Source: Candidatus Hydrogenedentota bacterium (lineage in GTDB: Bacteria > Hydrogenedentota > Hydrogenedentia > Hydrogenedentales > SLHB01). From it: DNA of 64,000 nt. Below are positions 10,092 through 19,969 of the stretch, one piece after another. The DNA is taken from contig CAXXTH010000019.1 of NCBI GenBank assembly GCA_963668025.2, forward strand, positions 128,001 through 192,000, written 5' to 3'. The notes beneath the pieces are model-generated. The model saw only the letters and a program-made list of their open reading frames with translations. It was not told the DNA's origin and ran no database searches. The first letter of the stretch is position 1, and the number at the start of each line of letters is the position of its first letter. The translations under genes were made by a program, and so were the position numbers.

Positions 10092-11437
10092 CATAAGCGC
10101 TAACCTTATTTGATGTCTCCTGACGAATCTTCTATACTGGGTGCATGGAAGCAGCGTGGAATGAGAATTGGCAGTGTTTACAGCGTTTTCTCCCTGCTGG
10201 ATGGGAGGACAAGGCTCGTGAATTGGGCGCGTGGCACCGCAAGCCTCGTTCTATATCGTCGACGGAATCGCTCCTGCGCTTGCTGTTGATCCATTTGGCG
10301 GATGGGTGTTCTCTGCGTGAGGCTGTCGTTCGTGCTCGAGAAGGGAATGTGGCGTCCGTGTCGGATGTGGCACTTCTTAAGCGGTTGCGTGCTTCGGGGG
10401 AATGGCTGCGGTGGATGGCCGTAGAGATACTTCAACGTCGCGCGGGACCGTGCGTTCGGCCTGCATGGCTGGAGTATTACCGTGTTCGCGTCGTGGATGC
10501 GAGCGTTGTCTGCGAACCGGGAAGCACGGGAACGGACTGGCGCGTTCACTACAGCCTATGTTTATACGGTCTTCAATGCGATGAGTTTCATATTACCGGC
10601 CCGAAGGTTGGAGAGAGTTTCGCGCGATTCCGAGTCTCGCCTGGCGACCTATTGCTCGGAGATCGTGCTTATGGGCATCTCAAAGGTTTTCGTTATGTGC
10701 TCGGCCATAACGGGAACTTTCTGACGCGTCTTAAGAATAAAGCCTTCAGTCTTCGGAATGGCGCAGGGAACACCTGTCCACTGGCTGGATTGGTGGCGTC
10801 TCTAGAGGTAGGGGAAGTGGGTGATTGGGCCCTGATTGGCCAGGCAAAGGGGCAGGAGGAGCTGGCGCTACGGATCTGTGCGCTGCGTTTGAGCGAGGAA
10901 GCCGCCGCGCAAAGCATCCGCCGGGCGAAGAAAGAGCTAAGCAAGAAGCAACGGAGTCTGGATCCCGAAACGCTTGTGCTGCATCGCTACGTCATACTGG
11001 CCACATCCTTGCCGGATTCAATATCGCCGCACCAGGTTATCGAGTTGTACCGGGCGCGCTGGCAGGTGGAGTTGGCCTTCAAACGGATGAAGTCGATTAT
11101 GGGATTGGGACACTTGCCAAAGGAAGACGAGGAGTCGGCCAAGGCTTGGCTCCACGGCAAAATGCTTGTCTCCTGCCTTGCCCAGGCCATTGTTGATGAG
11201 GGGCGCTTTTTTTCCCCCTGGGGATATCCACTGTGACGATATCTACCGCGAGGCCTCCTTGTGGCGCGAACTCTCTTTCGCCTTGCACCTCCTTCGCCAA
11301 GCGGTCAATCCGACGCTTGGATTATCCGAATGCATCAGCCAGTGGCGGGAAATCGCGAGAGATCTGGCAGAGCCCCCAAGGAAGCGAATGCAACAGTTGC
11401 GTGGTTTGATGGAGGCAATATAAGGTTAGCGCTTATG
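10092..11437 (+). mobile_element. IS4-family IS186/IS421-like element
   Basis: Perfect 18-bp TIR CATAAGCGCTAACCTTAT; 11-bp TSD GGGTCCGGGGG at 10081-10091 and 11438-11448. Confidence 0.95.
10145..11236 (+). CDS. IS4-family DDE transposase
   Basis: SDVALLKRLR, VVDAS, GDRAY and YRARWQVELAFKRMKS (YREK) motifs. Confidence 0.95.
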   Translation: MEAAWNENWQCLQRFLPAGWEDKARELGAWHRKPRSISSTESLLRLLLIHLADGCSLREAVVRAREGNVASVSDVALLKRLRASGEWLRWMAVEILQRRAGPCVRPAWLEYYRVRVVDASVVCEPGSTGTDWRVHYSLCLYGLQCDEFHITGPKVGESFARFRVSPGDLLLGDRAYGHLKGFRYVLGHNGNFLTRLKNKAFSLRNGAGNTCPLAGLVASLEVGEVGDWALIGQAKGQEELALRICALRLSEEAAAQSIRRAKKELSKKQRSLDPETLVLHRYVILATSLPDSISPHQVIELYRARWQVELAFKRMKSIMGLGHLPKEDEESAKAWLHGKMLVSCLAQAIVDEGRFFSPWGYPL

Positions 11438-11486
11438 GGGTCCGGGGGAAACCTCTTTTCAAAGAGGTTTCCCCCGGTATGCACAA

Positions 11487-13883
11487 TCATTCCTTGTCTT
11501 TATTTTTGTCTTTGTCTTTACCGAGCAGTTTTTTGAACCACCCTTTTTTCTCTTCCTTTTGTTTTTCAGGAGCGGCGGCTGGCTCGGCGGGGGGAGCGGG
11601 CTGCGGCTCGGGCGCGGGGGCTGGTTCGACCACGGGCGGCGGCGGCGCGGGCACTTCTTCCTCCTTCACGATGCGGAGGTTTTGGTTGACCTTGATGATA
11701 TCGCCCTTGATGCTATTCCAAGTGCGCAGGTCGGCCACGGCCACTTGATATTTCTTGGCGATATTCGAGAGGGTATCGCCCGATTTGACGATATGTTGAA
11801 TCTCGACCGTTTGCTTGATCATGGCGGGGGGAGCGGGAGGCGTCTGCGCGACGGCCACGGCGGGCGCAGGGACCGGTTGCGGAGCGGGCTGCGCCGCCAG
11901 GGCGGGAGCCGCCGCTGGCGCTTCGGCAGGCGCGGGAGCAGGTTCTGCTGCTTTTTCCGGCTCCACTTGCTCTTCAGCGGGAGCAGGCGCTTCGTTCTTT
12001 TTGTTGTTCCGCTTGGCCATCTGCATGGCGGCAGGCGCTTTCGGGGCGATCTGCAAGACTTCGCCCTTCTCGGCATGCCAAATAGTGGTGTTGCCGCTGG
12101 CGTTCATGGCCGCCGTGCTGGCTTCCGATGCGCCGGGGAAAAGGGCCACGCCTTCCGCGATTTCTGAGGTCTGCCCGCGCTGGGCGGACACGAGCCACGC
12201 ACCTGGGGCGGCCTCGAAGGCCAGCGGGCGCGCCACAAAGTGGCCGCTGGGATGCGTGGCGGCGAGTTGTTTGCGCAGGGCCGCGCCGCATTCGCCTTGC
12301 ACCTCGACGGGGCCGCCGTAGAACAACATGGCGGTCAGGAGGGCGTCATCGAGCTTACCGGCCTTCGCCGCATCGAAGGCCACGGGGCCGCAGGTGACGC
12401 CGTATTCCTCGAAGCGGCTGGTGCTGCTCGAGGCCGCGAGCCACGTGTTGAGGTCGGCGGGCAGCGTGGCGAGGGGCGACGGCAAGACGGGTACGCCGGG
12501 AAACGCTTCGGCCATTAGCAGGAACGCGCAGGCATCGGCCTGGACGCGGGTGGCGTTAAATTGTTTGAGGGCTTCATCGGGCATGCTGGTGGGCGCGACC
12601 ACAAAGAACTCGTAGCCCCATTTGCCCATCTTCTCACGCAACTGCGCGGCCCACGCCTTGCGCCCGGCTTCATTCGTGGGATCGAGCCACGTCTGGCCAT
12701 CGGCCGTTTTTGCTGACCATTCCGGGCTGCCGCCTTGAATCGCCAGCGGGTCAATGCTCAATCCGGGTTTCATGTCCATACCCAAAAGGGACGATGCCAG
12801 GGAGCCCATGTCGTGCGGGTAATTCGGGCGCGAGCCTTCGAGCGAACCGGGCATGCTTTGCCAATTCGGCGGCACGAGGATGCAGTCAATGCCCGAGCCG
12901 GACCAGGAGCCCGCCACGCCCGTCACATCGGTGCTCGATGCCCCGTCGGACGCAGTGGCCCATGCCTCAGGCATGCGCTTGCCGTAGTTCGCCTTAGGCC
13001 GCAGGCTATGGGTCCAGGCGTATAATTGGTCCACATCCGCCGCCTTAGGTACGGAAGTGAGGAGCCACATCGGATCGCTCGAGAGGGATTGCCCCGGTTC
13101 GAGCTTGATGGCAGGAGAGAACACGGAAGACACCACCGCCTGCCATGACGCACCGCTGGGCTGGATGTTCATCGAGAAATCGGCCTGGCGCATGGACAAG
13201 TTGCCCATCGCCAGCGTGAAGCCATGGGCGGCGTCTTGGAACACAGCCATGGTCGCGCCGCCTCCGCCCGCGGGCACGAGGTAGGGGCCGCGCGCTTTAA
13301 GGTTGCGCTGGCCCACGACCGTCGAGGCGCTCAGTCCAGTAATAGTAAACCAGCCCGGATCAATGCGCGCCACCTCGATGGGTGCGGCGGAACGGTTCAC
13401 CACCTCGACACGCAGTAAATAGAAGGGGCGTTCCTTTGGCACATTCAGCGTAAAGCGGAAGGCCAGCCCGTTCATCGGCTCGCTATCGACGGTATAGACC
13501 ATGCCTTCGCCATAGTCTTCGCTGAAGCGTTTCACGAGGCCCGAACCGTGGCGGATATCGTCCGCACTGATCACCGTGCCATCGGCAAGATAGGCCTTGG
13601 CCGTAGCGGTATCCACGACGGTGCCGATGCCTTCGCACTCAAGCCGCCATTCGCCATTATCGGCGGCCATGATTAAGGAGGCCTTGTCGGATGTAATGGT
13701 GTAATGCTCACGGAGCGTCCATGGCAGTCTCCTATTTGGATCCGCATCGGCCTCCTCGTTTGAGGCCTTTGCTTTTGCCTTTTTGGTTGTCTTGCCTGCC
13801 GCCGCGGCGGTATCCACGGGCGCTGCCGCCCAAAGCCCGGCTAAAAAGACGATTAACATCAATCGAAACACGCGTGCGCTCAT
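11487..13883 (-). CDS. Secreted GH36-like protein (apparently degenerate) with Pro/Ala linker and C-terminal LysM
   Basis: Signal peptide; YPHDMGSL...GMKPGL-like and LDPTN...WGYEFF barrel segments; LysM HIVKSGDTLSNIAKKYQV. Confidence 0.75.
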   Translation of the reverse strand: MSARVFRLMLIVFLAGLWAAAPVDTAAAAGKTTKKAKAKASNEEADADPNRRLPWTLREHYTITSDKASLIMAADNGEWRLECEGIGTVVDTATAKAYLADGTVISADDIRHGSGLVKRFSEDYGEGMVYTVDSEPMNGLAFRFTLNVPKERPFYLLRVEVVNRSAAPIEVARIDPGWFTITGLSASTVVGQRNLKARGPYLVPAGGGGATMAVFQDAAHGFTLAMGNLSMRQADFSMNIQPSGASWQAVVSSVFSPAIKLEPGQSLSSDPMWLLTSVPKAADVDQLYAWTHSLRPKANYGKRMPEAWATASDGASSTDVTGVAGSWSGSGIDCILVPPNWQSMPGSLEGSRPNYPHDMGSLASSLLGMDMKPGLSIDPLAIQGGSPEWSAKTADGQTWLDPTNEAGRKAWAAQLREKMGKWGYEFFVVAPTSMPDEALKQFNATRVQADACAFLLMAEAFPGVPVLPSPLATLPADLNTWLAASSSTSRFEEYGVTCGPVAFDAAKAGKLDDALLTAMLFYGGPVEVQGECGAALRKQLAATHPSGHFVARPLAFEAAPGAWLVSAQRGQTSEIAEGVALFPGASEASTAAMNASGNTTIWHAEKGEVLQIAPKAPAAMQMAKRNNKKNEAPAPAEEQVEPEKAAEPAPAPAEAPAAAPALAAQPAPQPVPAPAVAVAQTPPAPPAMIKQTVEIQHIVKSGDTLSNIAKKYQVAVADLRTWNSIKGDIIKVNQNLRIVKEEEVPAPPPPVVEPAPAPEPQPAPPAEPAAAPEKQKEEKKGWFKKLLGKDKDKNKDKE

Positions 13884-14031
13884 CCTTACTCTCCAAACCA
13901 TGTCTCTTATCTCTCCCGGACCACGCCAGCGCGGCCCCCTAAAGCATCAAGGAAGTATAACACGGACGCCCCAAGGGCTTGATAACGCCAAGACTCGGGA
14001 ACGGCGCTTCAAAATAGGGAATATATGTAAA

Positions 14032-15722
14032 CCTAAAAAAGGCAGTAGGAACTTGCTTTGGGATTTTTCCAGCCCAATTTTGTAAAGAAATAACTGTCCT
14101 GTCCCGCTCTTTACGTTGGCGCCGGCAGCAGGTTGGGGGTGGCCAGCGGCCTTCCCTCGAGTATTTTGGCGAAGATCCGGCTGAGGATCGTCCGCCATCG
14201 TTCGTTCCAGTTCAACTGCCGCGCAGTTGCTTTCATCTCCAATAAAAAGGCGTTTACGGATTTCAGAACTTGTTCCATAGCATGTCCTTGCGCATGCACG
14301 GGGGTGATGGTGAGCGTGGTTTGGCCTCCGTGGCGGGTCTGCTGTCCCACGCCGTAGAGCAGCAGAGGGCGGCTCGTGATCGCTTCGGCGTGGCGCTCCG
14401 GAATCGCCAAGCGCACGTACAAAGACCACCAATTGTAAATCAGGGCTATGATTCGCGCCATGATTTGGCAGCGCTTCATATCGTGGGTGGTATACCCGCC
14501 CCACCCCCACTGGTTTTTCTGTTCATCGTAGATGTTTTCCGCATCGCCCCGGTCGCGATAATGCTGGGCCAAGGCCGATAGGGGGTCTGTCAGCGAAGTG
14601 GCCAGCAGCGCGTATTCATACTGCTGCACGGCTCCCGCTTGGATCTCGATGAGCTGTAGTTGGGGGGAGGGGTCAGGCAATAGCGGCTCCGTTTCCAGAA
14701 CGATACTCCCTTTGAGCTTGCGCCGCAGAACGATTACCCGGCGTTTGCTCGTCCATCCCATAAGCTCCAGACGGTCTTCCAAACCTTCCCAGCCTTGGCC
14801 TGCTGGCGTCCAGTCCTTAGAACAAAAGGCCTGCTGGATAAGCCGTTTCACGTTGCTGGTCTGCCGCAATTTGAACAGATAGGGCACTCCGCGCGCTTCG
14901 GCTTCGCTCATGTCGCGTTCGTTGCCGAAGGCGCAGTCGCCGCGAATCATGCCCGGCCAGGCCGCGCGCGGCAAGCCATCGAGAAAATGCCACAATCCAG
15001 GCATGGTGTATTTCGCCGCCGTCTCGTTGCCCGGCCGGACTTCCACGTCCAGCACCAAGCGCGTGTTCGCCATAAAATAGGTATGCAGCACATGAGAAGG
15101 ACGGCCCTGTTTCGCCGGATTGTAGCCCAGCACGGCCCCTTCTTGATGGCCGAACAGGGGCTTCACGCTTGTATCCACGTCCAAAATCCAAGGCTCATAA
15201 AGCAACGGCTCATAACAGCGGCGCAGGTGCTTCTGTAGCCAGCCCGCGCAGGCTTCCCCGTCCGCCAGTATAAATGCCCGCCGCGCCGAGGAGGCGCTCA
15301 TGATCTTGCTCATACCCAGCAAGCCCGGGTTCACCGCGTCGTAACGGACCGCGTCAATGTGCGCATAGCGGGTGTGGCCCGCCAGCACTGATAAAAATAG
15401 CGTGCCCAGCACATCCCTCTTGCGCGGCGCATTATTGCTGGCGTACGCCAGCGGACAGTCCTCCACCCACGCTTCAAAAAGCTCCGCCGTCTTGAGAAAA
15501 TCGATAAAGAACGCCAACTGGCCAAACGGCGTCGTTGCCGCCTCCCGGTCCCATTCCACATGCACCCGGCCCCCGTAGCTATCTACGAAAATCGGCGCCT
15601 CCAAAGACAACCATTCCTCCTCTCCCAATGGGGGAGCATCTTGCTGTTGCGATTCTGTTTCCATGTTCTTTATCTTGAACTACTTCCAGCTCGACACTCA
15701 AGATTCAACTGGCGTTTTTAGG
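14032..15722 (-). mobile_element. IS1380-family element, copy 2 (complete)
   Basis: Imperfect TIRs CCTAAAAAAGGCAGT / CCTAAAAACGCCAGT; no TSD visible. Confidence 0.88.
14111..15664 (-). CDS. IS1380-family DDE transposase
   Basis: LDVDTS, GYNP, RGDCAF and YRDRGDAENIYDEQK motifs. Confidence 0.9.
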   Translation of the reverse strand: METESQQQDAPPLGEEEWLSLEAPIFVDSYGGRVHVEWDREAATTPFGQLAFFIDFLKTAELFEAWVEDCPLAYASNNAPRKRDVLGTLFLSVLAGHTRYAHIDAVRYDAVNPGLLGMSKIMSASSARRAFILADGEACAGWLQKHLRRCYEPLLYEPWILDVDTSVKPLFGHQEGAVLGYNPAKQGRPSHVLHTYFMANTRLVLDVEVRPGNETAAKYTMPGLWHFLDGLPRAAWPGMIRGDCAFGNERDMSEAEARGVPYLFKLRQTSNVKRLIQQAFCSKDWTPAGQGWEGLEDRLELMGWTSKRRVIVLRRKLKGSIVLETEPLLPDPSPQLQLIEIQAGAVQQYEYALLATSLTDPLSALAQHYRDRGDAENIYDEQKNQWGWGGYTTHDMKRCQIMARIIALIYNWWSLYVRLAIPERHAEAITSRPLLLYGVGQQTRHGGQTTLTITPVHAQGHAMEQVLKSVNAFLLEMKATARQLNWNERWRTILSRIFAKILEGRPLATPNLLPAPT

Positions 15723-15724
15723 GT

Positions 15725-16720
15725 CATACATTAGGGAGTTTCATCGGCGAGATATACGAACCATGGGCAGGAACAAACCGGAAAGCGGGACTACATACTG
15801 CCCGCCGTGTTCATGCTGCGTTTGAATCTATTCTCAATCTAGAGCTTGAAACAATAACTCCATGGCATATTGAGAAATGGCGTAGCGCTCGGGCTCAGAA
15901 CAGCGGCCGCCGCTCCCATGGAAACCGAGATCTCGCATGTCTGAAATCCGTGCTCAATAAAGCCAAGGAATGGGGCTATATCAACGAGAATCCAATACGT
16001 GATGTGCGTCTTGCCCGGCAAGACAAGAGCATTGTTGCCAAAATTCGTATCATCAGTACTGAAGAAGAAAACCGATTGTGGGCAGTAATACGCCATCGAG
16101 AAGATGAGATTCGGCGCCATCGCGCATCGCATAATCTTTGGCTTCGTGCCCGTGGATTTGAAGAACGCCAAGATCTAAGTAAATGCGAATTCGCAGACTT
16201 TCTGCGCCCCATGCTGATAATCATCTTGAATTGCGGATTGCGAAGAAGTGAAGCATTTCTAATCGAATGGGGAGACATGGATTTTCAAGTATGTACTTTG
16301 GCTATACGGGGCGAGATAGCCAAAAGTGGACAGACTCGGGTAATACCATTGAACACAGTAGCAATGGAAACCTTCACCGCGTGGCGTACCCAGAGTCCCG
16401 GTGGAGATGATTCTGTTGTATTTCCAAATCCAGAGACAGGACAACCATTCACCACGATCACCAAGACATGGCATCAGATGCGCAAGGCTGCCGGATTGCC
16501 CATGCTTAGGCTTCATGATTTACGTCATACTTTTTGTTCCCGCTTATTGGCTGCCGGTGCGGATTTACAGACCGTTCGAGAGCTTGCCGGACATACGAGC
16601 ATATCTACCACCGCGATATGTTTACACTCCACGCAAGACCGCAAGCGCGTTGCCGTGGAAGCACTAAGCCGCCCATCGAAGATAATCGATTTTGAGGCGC
16701 ACAGGGAAAATCATGCATGA
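15725..16720 (+). pseudogene. Tyrosine integrase, 5'-truncated by IS1380, catalytic Tyr replaced by Cys
   Basis: Frame open from the IS junction (HTLGSFIGEIYEPW...); GLRRSE, KSG, HDLRH, LAGHTSISTTAICLH. Confidence 0.85.
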
Positions 16721-16945
16721 ACGAAATAGCACCCATTGAAAACATCGAAGCGTTATCCAAACCATACGCGGCGCGCGCGCGCTCCTCGATGCGGACCTTG
16801 CCGAATTGTACGGAACGGATACGCGTTCACTCGTGCAAGCTATCAAACGCAATGAGGAACGGTTCCCGAAAGATTTTATGTTTGTCCTTACACGCCAAGA
16901 GGTTACGGCTTTGAGATCACAAACTGTGATCGCAAACGCGGATGA
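16717..16945 (+). pseudogene. ORF6N-domain protein, frameshifted
   Basis: LLDADLAELYGTDTRSLVQAIKRNEERFPKDFMF is out of frame with the ATG at 16717. Confidence 0.75.
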
Positions 16946-16968
16946 ACGAAACGCGAAGGAGATACACC

Positions 16969-17244
16969 ATGACGAACCGCTTCGAAGGCGAAGAAATCAA
17001 GCCCGACAAACTGTACACACGCTCACAAGTGTGCATGCGCCTCAACATCCGCTACAGCTCCGTCGAATCACTCATCAAATCCGGCGCAATCCGCGAAGTC
17101 CCCTTACCCGGCTACAAAACCACACGCATCACCGGCGTAAGCGTCCTTAAATGGCTCGAAGGCCCACCACAACCCGAAAAACGCATCCCAACCATAGAAG
17201 AAGTTCGCGCCTCGTGGGCGCATCGTTTAGGAGCAAAGCCATGA
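16969..17244 (+). CDS. HTH excisionase-like protein
   Basis: LYTRSQVCMRLNI...VESLIKSGAI...RIT; RBS AAGGAG. Confidence 0.7.
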   Translation: MTNRFEGEEIKPDKLYTRSQVCMRLNIRYSSVESLIKSGAIREVPLPGYKTTRITGVSVLKWLEGPPQPEKRIPTIEEVRASWAHRLGAKP

Positions 17245-17446
17245 CACGCGAAGAATTCAAACAACTTAGCCGACGGCTGGCTGAAGTTCAGCACACGCCA
17301 TCATAACGGCATGACCCGGCCATCGTGGCCGGTGAAAGCATAAAAGGCCCCTGAGTGTCGTAAGCACCCAGAGGCCGATGCGAGCAGCGGATTTAGAGGC
17401 TCCGCCGTCCGTAGAAGTATACCCGCCTCCGTAAGGAAAACGCACT

Positions 17447-17701
17447 ATGCCTACCAATCAGACCAAACCTGTCCCTACAAATCCGCCCGCCTATGTGCTC
17501 GACTTCTGCCGAATCTGGCTAGATAAGGATGGCTGGGGTCCCGACCAGGAAAACGACGACTTCTACAACCAGCTCTGCCCGTCATGCGGATGCAAGCTGA
17601 CGCCGATGGGAGCGCCGGTACGGTTCTGCTCGTATTGCGGGACAGAACTCGATATCGCGGAAGCCACCCTGCATGACGGTTGTAAAACGGGAAAGGAGTG
17701 A
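17447..17701 (+). CDS. Small zinc-ribbon protein
   Basis: CPSCG...FCSYCG; RBS AAGGA. Confidence 0.65.
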   Translation: MPTNQTKPVPTNPPAYVLDFCRIWLDKDGWGPDQENDDFYNQLCPSCGCKLTPMGAPVRFCSYCGTELDIAEATLHDGCKTGKE

Positions 17702-18138
17702 GTGACATGGCTCCGGTACGAGAAATCAGCCTGGCCGAGAAAGCCTATCTCGCCGCATTGGGCGAGCAGCACCATGGCGACTCACTTCACTTCCTCCGGC
17801 CCGCTATCGAGGCCCGGGCACTCATACAGAAAATTCTGGAAGTCGAGGCAGGACCGCTTATGCTCAAGAAGATCTGGGACGACGGAGAGTTCGTGTACTT
17901 TGAAACACCGGAAGGGATACTCCTGTTTCACGAGAACGGCAAACTAATTGTCCGAGGCGTGAACGGTGAATCCATCGAGGTGGCGCGTCTAGCGGACTTA
18001 GGTGCGTGTATTCCCTTGGCGTTCGCCTTAGAGGCGTCCAAACCCGACCCTGGCTGGGGAGTGGAACCTAAGAAAGACAAAACGCCGCTTAATCTGCGTG
18101 GACGCCAACGCATGAATCGCGTTACACTTCACCCATGA
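17698..18138 (+). CDS. Hypothetical protein
   Basis: ORF overlapping the previous stop; RBS AAGGAG. Confidence 0.55.
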   Translation: MSDMAPVREISLAEKAYLAALGEQHHGDSLHFLRPAIEARALIQKILEVEAGPLMLKKIWDDGEFVYFETPEGILLFHENGKLIVRGVNGESIEVARLADLGACIPLAFALEASKPDPGWGVEPKKDKTPLNLRGRQRMNRVTLHP

Positions 18139-18251
18139 CGGGTAGCCGGTAGCCGATTGCAACGGCCCGGCGCACGGGTCGGCCGAAAGTAAGCACCTCG
18201 ATCCTCCGCTGAAATCGGCCGACCCGGCCCATCCCCCAGGAGGATCTGAAT

Positions 18252-18812
18252 ATGACAAAGCGTTGCAAAAATTCCAAACCAACAATCGAAAACGTTCCCG
18301 TTGATGATGCACCTTCGGAAAATGAACTCGACACCGACATTGATTTCAATCCCCTGCGTGATGAACGCTTGTTGAAATCGTGGTGTAGACGCCACCTGTC
18401 TCATACACCTTGGACCGTTGATGAGGTCGCAGCGCTTGCCCTTATGTGTGAAAACCTAAACTCCCAGACTTATGTCTTGATGCTTACCGACAGTTTGAAT
18501 TCGGATGAGTGGGATTTTCGTGAAATTGTTCGAGATGATTTGTATAAAAACCTGGAACGTGATCGCTGTGTTTTTGGCGTTGGGGTGCCGCCTAAAGCTG
18601 TTATCAAGCCATATGACGCACTGGTATTTTTAGGGGAATATGGTACAGATATTCCTGACTGGCTCGACACCCGTTTCCCCGCGCCGCTCCCCGCATCTTC
18701 CATGGAGCAAGTAGTTCCAGCGCAAACGGAACCAGCGCTTTCTGAAGATCAGAAACTCGCCCTTGAGCGTGGCGAGAAAGTCAGAGCAGGTGCAAGTGAG
18801 GGGGTCGTATAA
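18252..18812 (+). CDS. Hypothetical protein (3' end probably frameshifted, possibly continuing to ~18969)
   Basis: RBS AGGAGG; downstream frame fragments look like an HTH (SEKTIRRHIKS). Confidence 0.55.
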   Translation: MTKRCKNSKPTIENVPVDDAPSENELDTDIDFNPLRDERLLKSWCRRHLSHTPWTVDEVAALALMCENLNSQTYVLMLTDSLNSDEWDFREIVRDDLYKNLERDRCVFGVGVPPKAVIKPYDALVFLGEYGTDIPDWLDTRFPAPLPASSMEQVVPAQTEPALSEDQKLALERGEKVRAGASEGVV

Positions 18813-19130
18813 GAAAGGAGAAAACCGTCAAGACACGCGAAGATATTCAAACGGATGCCGAGATCTTACGTAAAAAAATCCCACCCTTAGTGATCGTGAT
18901 ATTGGGTGAATGCTTTGCAAAAAATACGATTGTTCTGAAAAAACTATTCGGCGCCATATAAAATCTTAGGGTGGGACAGATCCCCGGTTTGTCCCACGTA
19001 AACTCTTTCATAATAGCCATTTATACTATTTGGGACACATCCCGCCACTTGTCCCGCCATCTTATGTCAAACTCTTGACGTAATCGAGGGGCGCACAAAG
19101 CGCCAGCGAAAAACGTCAGGGGTACGGAAC

Positions 19131-19388
19131 ATGCAAAACGATCAAACGCCTCAACTCGTGGACACAAAAACAGCGGCGAGAATTCTCAACGTTTCTCCGA
19201 ACTATCTACGCAAACGTCGATTTGAAGGTTTTCTGCCTGGCCATTTGAATCTGCCGTATATCGTTGTTGGACGTTCAGTAAAATATCGGCTCGACGATCT
19301 CCGAGATTTCATCGAGTCGAATCGTGTGATGCCCACAGATCCGTGTGAGCAAATTCAAAAACACAGTTGCAAAGGCGGTCGGCGATGA
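19131..19388 (+). CDS. HTH AlpA/excisionase-like protein
   Basis: LVDTKTAARILNVSPNYLRKRR...PYIVVGRSVKYRLDDL. Confidence 0.85.
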   Translation: MQNDQTPQLVDTKTAARILNVSPNYLRKRRFEGFLPGHLNLPYIVVGRSVKYRLDDLRDFIESNRVMPTDPCEQIQKHSCKGGRR

Positions 19389-19969
19389 GGACGCGAGCAA
19401 TAAGATATAGACGAATTTCCACTGCGATATGGTCTGACCGGAAATTCAGGACGCTCAGTGATGACGGCAAGTTAGTTCTTCTACACCTCCTAACGCATCC
19501 GGGAATGACCAGTTTAGGCATTATGCGGGCTAACACTCCCGGACTGGCGTATGAAATGGGCTGGCCTCAAGAACGCTACATGGAAGCCTTCGAGGAAGTC
19601 TTACACCAAGGCTTGATTGAAACAGAAGAGGGGCTTTCAATAATTCGTGCACCCAGATTCCTCCGGCACAATCCGCCCGAGAGTCCGAACGTCGTGCGAA
19701 GCTGGACAAAACTCCTACCAGATTTACCCGAAAGCGATTTACTCGAAAGGCATATCGCGGACACGCACACTTTCTTGAAAGACTTCGGGGAAGCCTTCGC
19801 GGAAGTCTTGGCTGAAGCCTTCGGGGATGAAGCGCCCCACCCTTCCCTTAATCCCGATCCCTTTCCCTTACCCGAAAAGGGGAAGGGAAGGAATGTTCGA
19901 GCTTCAAATAAGCCGGTCGTAGCCAAAGGCACAAAACCGTTGATTGTTTTCGACAAGGATGACGACTAG
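19385..19969 (+). CDS. Phage replication-initiator-like protein (N-terminal wHTH)
   Basis: YRRISTAIWSDRKFRTLSDDGKLVLLHLLT; FLRHNPPESPN; ATGA overlap. Confidence 0.7.
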   Translation: MRTRAIRYRRISTAIWSDRKFRTLSDDGKLVLLHLLTHPGMTSLGIMRANTPGLAYEMGWPQERYMEAFEEVLHQGLIETEEGLSIIRAPRFLRHNPPESPNVVRSWTKLLPDLPESDLLERHIADTHTFLKDFGEAFAEVLAEAFGDEAPHPSLNPDPFPLPEKGKGRNVRASNKPVVAKGTKPLIVFDKDDD

